From an uncultured Dehalococcoidia bacterium (GTDB taxonomy: Bacteria; Chloroflexota; Dehalococcoidia; UBA6926): 64,000 nt of DNA. The position numbers were made by a program, and so were the translations under genes. Below the pieces are notes generated by a model. That model was not told the DNA's origin, searched no databases, and was given only the letters and a program-made list of their open reading frames with translations. Positions 14,487 to 22,807 of this stretch are shown piece by piece. The stretch covers positions 24,497 through 88,496 of the forward strand of contig CAYOPL010000009.1 of the NCBI GenBank assembly GCA_964405845.1, in the 5' to 3' direction. Every line of letters starts with the position of its first letter. Within the stretch, counting starts at the first letter, position 1.

Positions 14487-15539
14487 TTATCCTTCCCTTC
14501 TCCTCTTCCGTACCGACTCGGCCAGCTGGGCGATGAAGGCGGCGCGACCGTCCGGTGCCGTGGCCACTTCGCCAACATCGAGGAAGTCGCGGGGAAACCT
14601 GACGACCGCCGAACGTCGTCCCAGCAGGGCGGAGAGACGTTCGGCGGCGGCCTCGCCAGCGTCATCTCTGTCGAAAGCGACGAAGATGTTGGCGAACCGC
14701 GAGACCGCCTGGGCGATCCGTTCCATGCCCTGGGTTCCCAGGGCGGCGCAGGCGGGCAGCCCCCAGTGGGTCAGCGTCAACCAGTCGAAGACGCCCTCTG
14801 TGACGATGACCCACCGCGCCATGCGTGGGATTCGCCCCAGACCGAGTATCGGTTTGGGGCCCGGCACCGCCTGAAAGCGGGGGCGAACGCCGCGGGCGAC
14901 GGCGCGCCCGCCGAGCCACTGCACGCAGCCGTCGGCCATGTCGGGGATGACGATCATCCCCGCAAACCGCTCCGCGCCGCGTTCCGTGAACAGCACTGAG
15001 CGGGCGACGCGCTCGCCGTCGAAACCTGCGGTCAGGAGGGATTCGCGTAAGCCCGCGCCCGGCGCATAGCCGAGACCGAGACGGATCGCCGTTTCCATAC
15101 CGATCCCGCGTCCCGTGAGGTACTCCGAGGCGGCTCGGTTACCCCGCAGCTCCCGCGCGTAGAACCGTGCCGCTGCCGTCATGGCCGCGACATCGCGTAC
15201 CGGCGGCGGCTCGCTGAAGTCCGGCCTCACGGAGGCCGGTGGGCCTGCAGCGACGGTTGCGCCGTCGCTGCCAAGCAGTGTCAGCGCACCGCCGAGCGTC
15301 ATCGACTCCGACCGCTGGACGAAGTCGATGACGTCGCCGCCCTCGCCGCAGCCGAAGCAGTACCATCGCTGCGAGTCGCCGTAGACGGTGAAGCTTCCCT
15401 CCGTCTCGTCGTGGAACGGGCAGACGCCCTGCCGGACGCGGCCCGTTCCACGCAGCGTCACGCCGGCGGATTCCACGACGGCGGCGAGGGGATGCCGCGC
15501 CTTGACCGCGGCGAAATCGACGCGGGCGGCGGCGTTCAC
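14487..15539 (-). CDS. DNA primase (CHC2 zinc finger + Toprim)
   Basis: Zinc finger CPFHDETEGSFTVYGDSQRWYCFGCGEGGDVIDF, Toprim-like VIVTEGVFDWLTL...AFDRDDAG. Start set at GTG 15539, which overlaps the upstream gene stop (GTGA) and puts the zinc finger near the N-terminus. The ORF-track start at 15608 would overlap the upstream gene by 72 nt. Confidence 0.75.
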   Translation of the reverse strand: MNAAARVDFAAVKARHPLAAVVESAGVTLRGTGRVRQGVCPFHDETEGSFTVYGDSQRWYCFGCGEGGDVIDFVQRSESMTLGGALTLLGSDGATVAAGPPASVRPDFSEPPPVRDVAAMTAAARFYARELRGNRAASEYLTGRGIGMETAIRLGLGYAPGAGLRESLLTAGFDGERVARSVLFTERGAERFAGMIVIPDMADGCVQWLGGRAVARGVRPRFQAVPGPKPILGLGRIPRMARWVIVTEGVFDWLTLTHWGLPACAALGTQGMERIAQAVSRFANIFVAFDRDDAGEAAAERLSALLGRRSAVVRFPRDFLDVGEVATAPDGRAAFIAQLAESVRKRRREG

Positions 15540-15991
15540 GCCGGCCTCCCGTGCAGGTCCCGCAGCCCCCTGAGGCTGCGGCGCGAGACGACCTTGCCGA
15601 GGTGCCACTTCATGCCGAGCACGGCGACCACCTCAAGGTCGCCGGGGGCGACCTGTTCCAGGGCGGCGGCGTGCCCGTCGCCCTGCGTGTACAGGTAGAC
15701 GCGCCGCCGTCCGTAGCGACGGCGCACGAGGTCGATCCACTCGTTGTAGAGCCACCGCTTCTGTTCCAGCGTGGCGTAACCCGCGTCGGCGACAGCCAAC
15801 GTCGCCAGCGCGTCGTCCAGCCTGTTCACGCGCCGCAGGCGCCGCGCCTCATGCACCGACTTGCCGATGCTGAGCCGCTCCGTGCCGGCGTTGCGACCTC
15901 CGAAGATGGCCGCGATCACTCGGTCGACCAGCGGCTCCAACGCCGCCATCGGCCTCTCGTCGATTGCCTCAACTGCGATTGCCGTCGTCAT
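15536..15991 (-). CDS. hypothetical protein, 151 aa
   Basis: ATG at 15991 with GGAAGGGAG RBS. No family recognised. Confidence 0.4.
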   Translation of the reverse strand: MTTAIAVEAIDERPMAALEPLVDRVIAAIFGGRNAGTERLSIGKSVHEARRLRRVNRLDDALATLAVADAGYATLEQKRWLYNEWIDLVRRRYGRRRVYLYTQGDGHAAALEQVAPGDLEVVAVLGMKWHLGKVVSRRSLRGLRDLHGRPA

Positions 15992-16265
15992 CTCGATCTC
16001 CCTTCCGTGCCTTGTTCTTCTGTGCGCGTTCCGCCTGACGCCGCTGCGCCGCTCCGGCCGCCTTGCCGACCGCCCATCCCAGGGCGAATCGCCTGAACTG
16101 GAACAGGACGTATGCGAGCCCGATGGCGTTCAAGACGCAGATCTCGGGGTCTCGTGACAGGGCGAACGGCAGGATGAACAGCGCCGCCACGGCGGCGATG
16201 AGCAGCAGGCACCGGTGGCGGACCAGCAGTCCCAGTGCCTTCACGGGAATCAATACGATGCGCAT
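15969..16265 (-). CDS. small membrane protein (2 predicted TM), first gene of the long leftward operon
   Basis: ATG at 16265 with AAAGGAGG RBS. Hydrophobic stretches LLLIAAVAALFILPFAL and ICVLNAIGLAYVLF, and a basic C-terminus. Confidence 0.4.
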   Translation of the reverse strand: MRIVLIPVKALGLLVRHRCLLLIAAVAALFILPFALSRDPEICVLNAIGLAYVLFQFRRFALGWAVGKAAGAAQRRQAERAQKNKARKGDRDDDGNRS

Positions 16266-16666
16266 GTGGCCTCCTTTGAGTTGCGGCCCACGCCGGCATC
16301 CGGGCGCAGGCCAAGTGCGATTAACGAGTGGAATGCAAGAGCCCGCCGACGACCGGATGCCAAGCCGCCACGCGGGGCCTAAGGGGATTCAGTGGGCGCA
16401 GAGGCGGACATCATCCAAGTGGAGACGCGCGGCTACTGCCGTCCGAAAAGGAAACGCTGGCCTGCGGCAGATGCCGAGACCAGCGATGTGTGAGAGGCCC
16501 GCCTAGCTACGACCGATGTCGTTTCGACGGGCACGTCGAATCAGCCGAACCGCGAGTGGCGTTCCGGCCGATGCAGAAGGGATCAAGCCGCGCACGGCAA
16601 CCTGTCCGTCGATTCCCGCTGTTTGAGATGGTCTCGCCTGTGACAGGAGCCCCAGCCGTGATCCGC

Positions 16667-16768
16667 CTCTCGCCCCGGGGAGCGATGGTCCCATGTTCGC
16701 GATAAGAATGGGGAGAAACTCGACCCTTTCCCGTCACTCGCCGCGGGAGGCGATGGTCCCGATTTCGG
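16667..16768. repeat. two ~33-bp imperfect direct repeats (TCGCC-SCGGG-R-GCGATGGTCCC...TTCG) 68 bp apart in the 1.2-kb non-coding leader of the operon; candidate iteron, operator or oriT-associated sites
   Basis: ctctcgccccggggagcgatggtcccatgttcg at 16667-16699 versus cactcgccgcgggaggcgatggtcccgatttcgg at 16735-16768. The core GGGACCATCGC (reverse strand) resembles GGACCGTCGG in the operator repeats at 18413-18496. Confidence 0.4.
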
Positions 16769-17015
16769 ATGCTCGGAGAGAATTCAATCGATCCCCGTGC
16801 ATGTGATCCAGGTCGTTCGGGACAACCCCGTCCAGGTTTCTGTGGTTGGAAACGCTGGAAAGCCAAACAACTCTGCCATTCTTGTCGTCCGTCCGTCCTC
16901 TGGCAAGGGTTTTCTGTCCGTTTTGAGCGTCGAGGGGAGAATCGTTCGCAGACGTTGCCGAGCCGGCCTCTTTTCGTTCACAAATGATGCGCAACATGGA
17001 AACCGTCCCGGTCGG

Positions 17016-17064
17016 CTAGCCCCACCACGCCCCGAAGGTTACCACCCGTCTGACCCAGCACACC
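17016..17064 (-). repeat. duplicated gene 3' end: ~48-bp copy of the last 10 codons plus stop of gene 17506..18387, located 490 bp downstream of it
   Basis: Minus-strand 17046-17016 reads CGG GTG GTA ACC TTC GGG GCG TGG TGG GGC TAG (...RVVTFGAWWG*) against the intact gene end ...RRLATFGAWWG* at 17536-17506. Plus-strand 17017-17064 versus 17506-17555 is ~80% identical. Confidence 0.5.
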
Positions 17065-17505
17065 GACAGGTCTCTTGCTGGTTCATCGGGAAACGCATGA
17101 AGGCGAGGTCATCGAGTGGCGGCAAGGTGCCTCCCCGCAGCGATGGGAAACCGCAACTTGTCCCGGTCAGCGCCGGGGCACCCGGGAGCCGCGGGGAGAC
17201 TCGATGCCCGTCCGTTTGCCGCTCGCGACTCGCGCATGGACAAACTGGCGACGTCTATACGAAGTGACACAACCCCGCGAAGTCACAGGGACCAGTCTGC
17301 GCGAACGAATTGCCGATTCCCATGATGTCCTCGCGTCGTCAGGGGCATGCAATGTGCCATTTCGTATGTGATTGTCATTCTCATCGCCCGTCCGGCCGCT
17401 CGCAAGCGATTCTGGCCGATCTCGGCAATCAGGACGGGAAGAGTTCGCATAACTTATCATTTTGTTCCATTTTGTTCGCAGAACGTCCTGAACCGCTTCT
17501 GTGTG

Positions 17506-18387
17506 CTAACCCCACCATGCCCCGAACGTCGCCAGCCGTCTGACCCAGCGCAGCAGCTTGCGACGGAGGATCCGCCTCCGCACGTCGCGGAGATCGTCCA
17601 GCCGCCAGTTCGTGATGTGCGTGCGCCACAAGTCGTCAATGGGCTTGTTGTCCGGGGGCAATACCAGCATGTACTCGGTTACCAGCGCCAGTTCCACCTC
17701 CAACAGCCGCTTGTGCTTCTCCATCCACGTGAGCGTTCTGCCCTCCCGCGGATGACCCCGGCTCAGCATCCGCCACTCGCGAATCAGCGGCCACGCCTTT
17801 CCGTATACATAGGAATCGTCGTTGGCAGCTTCGACCGTCACCACCTCGTTGTAGTTGCGTCTCGGAAAACCTGGCCTGGTCGGTTTCTCGGGAGCCTCGA
17901 TTGAGTTGATCGTCAGGACGCCCTTGCCACCCTTGGCCGACTTCCTCGCGCCTCCAGTGACAGGGACAGCTTCCTGTGCCGCCGGGCCGCCGCCGAGCCT
18001 TCGATCAATGGCGCGATTGATCCTGTCCTGTTCGGCCCTGTGACCCTCCACCGCTGCCCGCAGCTGCTCAGCTCCCGCCACGACCTCCTTGACGATGCCC
18101 TCCAGCTTGTCGAGCCGTTCGTCCATCGCCGTCAGCCGTTCCTCGTGAACCTGAAAGACCGGGTTCTCCTCGGATAGCATCTGCAGTTCTAACACCTGCG
18201 TCATCCGCCGCGACAGGCGACGGGTTTCCAGAGCGACCGCCACCGTCTTGTAGTTGACTCCCAGCCGTTCGGCCGCCCCAAGTTGCCCCTGCTCCCGCAC
18301 CATGCGCTCCAGCAAGACCAACAGCGATGACCTCTCGTCCGCCGCGGCGATCTGTCGATCCTCCAGCATCAGAAAGTCGTCTTCCAT
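17506..18387 (-). CDS. putative DNA-binding regulator (HTH-like N-terminal region, long coiled coil), 293 aa
   Basis: ATG at 18387 with GGGAGGTGA RBS. LGVNYKTVAVALETRRLSRRMTQ is HTH-like. The heptad-rich middle and the Trp/Arg-rich C-terminus are unassigned. Transcribed divergently from the T4SS operon. Confidence 0.5.
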   Translation of the reverse strand: MEDDFLMLEDRQIAAADERSSLLVLLERMVREQGQLGAAERLGVNYKTVAVALETRRLSRRMTQVLELQMLSEENPVFQVHEERLTAMDERLDKLEGIVKEVVAGAEQLRAAVEGHRAEQDRINRAIDRRLGGGPAAQEAVPVTGGARKSAKGGKGVLTINSIEAPEKPTRPGFPRRNYNEVVTVEAANDDSYVYGKAWPLIREWRMLSRGHPREGRTLTWMEKHKRLLEVELALVTEYMLVLPPDNKPIDDLWRTHITNWRLDDLRDVRRRILRRKLLRWVRRLATFGAWWG

Positions 18388-18412
18388 GCGTCACCTCCCT
18401 CTCATCACCGAT

Positions 18413-18496
18413 TTCGGTGTCGACCCAATCGGACCGTCGGTGTCCGAGACCCGCCGCATCCCTCAACAATTCGGTGTCCCTCAATTGGACCGTTGG
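18413..18496. promoter_or_regulatory. pair of 27-bp direct repeats (TTCGGTGTC-N6-AAT-N-GGACCGT-N-GG) in the divergent promoter region between the regulator gene and the T4SS operon; candidate operators
   Basis: ttcggtgtcgacccaatcggaccgtcgg at 18413-18440 and ttcggtgtccctcaattggaccgttgg at 18470-18496, with a partial third copy cggtgtccgag at 18437-18447. Confidence 0.4.
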
Positions 18497-18791
18497 ATGA
18501 CCAAATGGCACGCCGCTCTAAAGTTCCAGTTCCCGGATTGCACCCTCTTCATTTCCTGTTTGCCGCGTGGCGGCGTGATAAACAGCCCCTGCGTTGTCCT
18601 TGGGCACAGGCGTCTATCCCTGTACACGCCAAAGACTTACAGAAGCCGTCTCACCACGACATGGTGCGCAGGGCAGGCCTGTGGACGAGCCCGGGCTTGT
18701 CGGGAAGCCCGCCTTAAACACCATTTGCAGACCGTCCAATGATGCGAACACTTGTCCTCATCCGTTACGACAACGACGCGAGGAGGCACAC

Positions 18792-19418
18792 GTGGAGCAT
18801 CGACCTGGAACCATCACGACGCAGGCTCAAGGAACCCCCTTTAGGCGCAAGGCTCTGACGGCCGCACTGTTGGCAATCGTCCTGGTGGCCACCGCAGCGG
18901 ATTTCCTCGGAAGCCCCGTCCTGGCCCAGACGCCTCCGGACGCGACCGTCCTGATGAGCGGTCTTGACGACGTTGTCGAGCGGGACGACGACGGCAGTTT
19001 CACGGCGCGGCCCGTCTTCAACCGGCGAGTGCCCCTCCTGCATTACGGCGTCCGCGACGCCGACACCGGGCGGTGGGTGAGCTCCGTCTATCAGGTGCGG
19101 GGCGGCGAGCGCCGCCACCGCGACGGCTGGGAGTACACGTTCGAGTATCCCGTTCTGAGCGAGCAACCAGAGCTGGATCCTCAGGAGCCGTACGTTCTGG
19201 CGATGATCACGCGGCAAGCGGTCGGGGCGGATGTCTACACTTTCCACGCCGTCATCCCGGTGCATCAATCGGACGCGCTCTGGGACCGTGTGCTCGGCGC
19301 GCTGAGTCCGGACCGATGGGCGCGGTCGGTGGCGCGGTGGATCATCGAGGGCGTTCACGGCGCGCTCTGCGGCGTCGTCGAGAGGGCGACGGGCGTGAAC
19401 GTGGCGGAGTGCCGGTAG
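18792..19418 (+). CDS. secreted protein with a Tat/Sec-like signal peptide, first gene of the T4SS operon, 208 aa
   Basis: GTG at 18792 with GAGGAGG 5 nt upstream. N-terminus ...TPFRRKALTAALLAIVLVATAADFLGSPVLAQTPP has a twin-arginine-like motif plus hydrophobic core. The ORF-track start at 18594 lacks an RBS. Confidence 0.5.
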   Translation: MEHRPGTITTQAQGTPFRRKALTAALLAIVLVATAADFLGSPVLAQTPPDATVLMSGLDDVVERDDDGSFTARPVFNRRVPLLHYGVRDADTGRWVSSVYQVRGGERRHRDGWEYTFEYPVLSEQPELDPQEPYVLAMITRQAVGADVYTFHAVIPVHQSDALWDRVLGALSPDRWARSVARWIIEGVHGALCGVVERATGVNVAECR

Positions 19419-19431
19419 GTGTTGACGCAGC

Positions 19432-20394
19432 ATGAGCGACATCCTGACCGGCACTCCGCCGGAACTCACCTACCTTCACCCGCTTGTGATTCAGGCGTGG
19501 CGCGTCGTCTGGGCCGTCACGTCGGGAGCACTGGTGGTCATCATCGGCTGGATCGGCCTGACGCTGATCGTGCAGGAGCACCTCGGCGGCGGACGTGCCG
19601 GCTGGCGAGAGATGGTGCCGCGCCTCGTGTTGGGACTGGTCGGTGCAGCAAGCTCGCTGTGGTGGTGTGCCCTCGTCATCGACGTGGCGGATGGCGTCTC
19701 CGGTTTCATCGCCTCGTCCCTCGGTATCACGGCCGGGGACTTCCTCCGCTCCGCCCTGGACACGTTGCTGCAGGCGGTCAATGCGGGGAGTGTCGGCATG
19801 AGCCTGCTGATGGCCGTGCTCTACATGATCTACGCCTTCTTCGTGCTATACGTCTTGGTTCAGATGATTCTGCGCATCGCGCTGATCGACATCCTGCTGA
19901 CCCTGGCGCCGATCGCGCTGGGCCTGTGGATTCTGCCGCATACGGCAGGTTGGGGGCGGCAGTGGCTGAGGAACTTCATGCTGACCGTCTTCCAGCAGGC
20001 GGTGCAACTGATCGCCCTCGCTCTGGGGTTCGGGTTCCTGAATCAATTCGCGGCCATCGCGGCGTTCGAGGCCGTGGAGGACCTGATCTGGAAGCTGCTG
20101 CTCTCGATGGCATTCATCTACATGGCGGGGCGCATCCCGTCCCTGCTGGGCAACGGAGGGACGTTCGACGCCTGGCTGAGAACGCTTTATTTCGGCATGT
20201 CGCTCCCGAGCTCCATCGCCCGTTCGAGTCGCGCCATCGGCCTGATCGCCGGAGGCGCGGGAGGTCCGGCGGGGATTACGGCGGGGGCAATTGCGGTGGG
20301 GGGCGGCGTCTCGGCGCTGGGAGGCAGCATCCGCTCTGCGGCGTCCGGAGCGTCGTCCATGGAGGGCGGGACATTCAGAAGCGCCGATGAGTGA
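19432..20394 (+). CDS. polytopic membrane protein, VirB6/TrbL-like candidate
   Basis: ATG at 19432. At least six hydrophobic segments and a Gly/Ala/Ser-rich C-terminus. Its position ahead of the pilin-like and VirB4 genes supports the role. No sequence motif-level support. Confidence 0.4.
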   Translation: MSDILTGTPPELTYLHPLVIQAWRVVWAVTSGALVVIIGWIGLTLIVQEHLGGGRAGWREMVPRLVLGLVGAASSLWWCALVIDVADGVSGFIASSLGITAGDFLRSALDTLLQAVNAGSVGMSLLMAVLYMIYAFFVLYVLVQMILRIALIDILLTLAPIALGLWILPHTAGWGRQWLRNFMLTVFQQAVQLIALALGFGFLNQFAAIAAFEAVEDLIWKLLLSMAFIYMAGRIPSLLGNGGTFDAWLRTLYFGMSLPSSIARSSRAIGLIAGGAGGPAGITAGAIAVGGGVSALGGSIRSAASGASSMEGGTFRSADE

Positions 20395-20475
20395 CGGCCG
20401 GAGGGCAGGGCAAACGTAGGGAACCGACATGAAATGTTGCGAACAGCATAGGCAGAAGAGAAAAGGAGGGTAGCG

Positions 20476-20757
20476 ATGGAGCAGTTGACGCAGACGATAT
20501 CGAACCTGGTGGGCATTGTGCTCGGCCTGGTCGGCGTGGTGGGAGTTGGGTTCTTCATCTTCGGCGCGTTCCAGTACCTGACGGCGAGCGGCGCGCCGAG
20601 CCAGATGGAACGAGGCAAGACCGCCATGATGTCCGCCGTCGCCGGCATCGTCCTGGCGTTGGTCGCCTACGGCGTTGTCGACGTGGTGATCAACGCGGTG
20701 GTGGACCCGGCGGTCGATGTCGACATACCCGATCCCACGACCGTCGAAGGCAGCTAG
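20476..20757 (+). CDS. small two-TM protein, VirB2/TrbC pilin-like candidate
   Basis: ATG at 20476 with AAGGAGGG RBS. 93 aa with two hydrophobic helices (IVLGLVGVVGVGFFIFGAF ... AVAGIVLALVAYGVV). Size and topology are typical of T4SS pilins. Confidence 0.4.
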   Translation: MEQLTQTISNLVGIVLGLVGVVGVGFFIFGAFQYLTASGAPSQMERGKTAMMSAVAGIVLALVAYGVVDVVINAVVDPAVDVDIPDPTTVEGS

Positions 20758-20781
20758 GACGAGCGCGGAGAGGAGGAAGAC

Positions 20782-22482
20782 ATGAGAGAACACGAGGTAC
20801 CGACACACGTGCAGGCCGAGGACAAGGTGCTGTTGTGGCTGACCTTCCCCCAGATCGTGTCGCTGATCGCGGTGGCCGCCGTGGGTTACGGGGTCTTCAA
20901 CTACGCTCCCGGACCGACGGCGTTGCGCATCGGGATCGCCGTGGTCGTCGGCGTTGTGGGCACCGCCGCAGCGGTCGGACAGGTAGGTGGGCGGCGTTTG
21001 CCGATGGTGGTCGCTGACTTGCTGAAGTACTGGTTGGGGCCGCGACGGTTCGCCGGTCGGGTCGAGGAGCTTGTCCGGCCAGCGCCCGTCCTAGCCGTCG
21101 AGGCCGACCCGGGGTTGTTCGAACGCATGCAGGAGAAGGGGCGTCGTCGATTCCGACGGCTGTGCCGAGAGCGTGACCGGCGGGACGGCGGGAAACCCAA
21201 CCATCGCTCGGACGAACCCGTGAAGAGCAGGCCCAAGGGATCGAAGCCTTCCAGAAAGGGCAGGGGCACGCGAAGAATCTCCCTTGACCGGCGCAGGTGG
21301 GTCGCGGGAACAGCGATGGTCGTCCTTGCCGTCGCCGCTGTGATTCCCCAGGTGGCGATCGCGCAGGGCGAGGGGGACGGGGGTGGTTCTCGCATCTCGG
21401 AGGTGGGGCTCGAGCTGCCGCCTCCGGTCCTGGGAAGGCGGGTGTTCATCGAGGGCATCGCGGTCTCCGGGGATCGAGCGCAGGTCTCAGTCCGCGCCGC
21501 GACGGACGTCAGTCTCATCGCTAGGGCGTTTGGCGGCGACGACGGCGAAGATGTGCGATTCGTTGAACAGGCATCCCTTCGACAGGGCGCAACGGCGACG
21601 TTCGACGTGCCGCTGAGCGGCGACAAACCATCGATCACTCTCTCGTGGGTCGATTCGCTGGGTCAGGCCGGAGGATTCAGCCTGTCGGGGGAGCAGATTC
21701 CGCATCATTTTCCGTCGTTGGACGGCGAGCTCTGCGACGTGGAGTTGACGGCACTGTCCCTCTCACGTACCGGCGTGGGCGGGTCACTGACGACGACATG
21801 TGAACGGCAGGTGATGGAGACGATGGAACTGCGGACCGTCTCCGGCCCCGATCCGGTCGAGGTCCTGACCGTGAGAGAGGCGGAGGTCACGGGTATCACC
21901 GGTCGGCTGCATGTGCGACTCGGCAATGACGAGGCAACCGTGCCCCTTATTGCCGACGGAACGACATCCTTCAGCCTTGCGCTCGCCCCCGCGGAGGCCG
22001 TCCACGACGTCTCGCTCAGTGTGGACATGCGCGGTACGCTGCGCGTTCCACAACCTCCGCTGGTCGAGGTGAGCACCGTCCCGGAACGGACGGTGCTGCA
22101 ATCGCACGTCGTCTCGGTCCTCCGCCCCGGGGTGAGCAGAAACGTCCGTGAGACCTGGCTCATTGAGTGCGAGGACGGGACGGAGGAACTCCACAGCCTC
22201 TCGGCATGGCTGTCCATCCCCGCTAGGACGATCGACATAACAACGAGAGTGCCCGTGACGCACAAGGCGTACGTCACGGCGAAGATCGTGGAGCGGGAAA
22301 CCGCCATGAGCTGGCGGGATGAGACCGTTCATCTGCAGGCGACCGCCTGGGCGGACGCGCCATTTTCCGTGCTTCCGCTTCCCGCGCCTGAACCTGCTCC
22401 GGAGACGGCGGAGCAGGTTCCCGCGAGCAGCGGAGTTGTTGAAGACCTCTTCGACAGGCTCGGCTGGGAGTGGCCGTGGTGA
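20782..22482 (+). CDS. membrane-anchored T4SS-associated protein, 566 aa (N-terminal 2 TM, large extracytoplasmic domain)
   Basis: ATG at 20782 with GAGGAGGAAGAC RBS. N-terminus KVLLWLTFPQIVSLIAVAAVGYGV... then a soluble domain. Function unknown. Confidence 0.45.
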   Translation: MREHEVPTHVQAEDKVLLWLTFPQIVSLIAVAAVGYGVFNYAPGPTALRIGIAVVVGVVGTAAAVGQVGGRRLPMVVADLLKYWLGPRRFAGRVEELVRPAPVLAVEADPGLFERMQEKGRRRFRRLCRERDRRDGGKPNHRSDEPVKSRPKGSKPSRKGRGTRRISLDRRRWVAGTAMVVLAVAAVIPQVAIAQGEGDGGGSRISEVGLELPPPVLGRRVFIEGIAVSGDRAQVSVRAATDVSLIARAFGGDDGEDVRFVEQASLRQGATATFDVPLSGDKPSITLSWVDSLGQAGGFSLSGEQIPHHFPSLDGELCDVELTALSLSRTGVGGSLTTTCERQVMETMELRTVSGPDPVEVLTVREAEVTGITGRLHVRLGNDEATVPLIADGTTSFSLALAPAEAVHDVSLSVDMRGTLRVPQPPLVEVSTVPERTVLQSHVVSVLRPGVSRNVRETWLIECEDGTEELHSLSAWLSIPARTIDITTRVPVTHKAYVTAKIVERETAMSWRDETVHLQATAWADAPFSVLPLPAPEPAPETAEQVPASSGVVEDLFDRLGWEWPW

Positions 22483-22790
22483 GACGCCGCATCGCGTCCG
22501 CGGGAATCGTCGCGATGTCTCTCCTCTCGTTGGGCGCGATCACGCCCGAGCAGCAGGCGATGCTCGACACATTCGACCGGGTGCTGACGGGCATGGTCTA
22601 TGCCTCGGCGGGCCTGACCGTGTTCTCGGTTGTCTGGGCGGGCTTCATCCTCATGGCTGAGGGTGCTGATGACAGGGAGACGGGGCGCGCGCGGAATGCG
22701 GTCGTTCTCGCCCTCTCCGGCCTCGTCCTCGTCCTGTCGGCGAAGATCCTCGCCCTCGTCCTGACCAACGGTATCGTTCCAATCCCATAG
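22470..22790 (+). CDS. small membrane protein, VirB3-like candidate
   Basis: GTG at 22470 overlapping the upstream stop. 106 aa with three hydrophobic segments. It lies immediately upstream of VirB4, the usual VirB3 position. Confidence 0.35.
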   Translation: MAVVRRRIASAGIVAMSLLSLGAITPEQQAMLDTFDRVLTGMVYASAGLTVFSVVWAGFILMAEGADDRETGRARNAVVLALSGLVLVLSAKILALVLTNGIVPIP

Positions 22791-22807
22791 CCAATGGAGT
22801 ACCCGAC

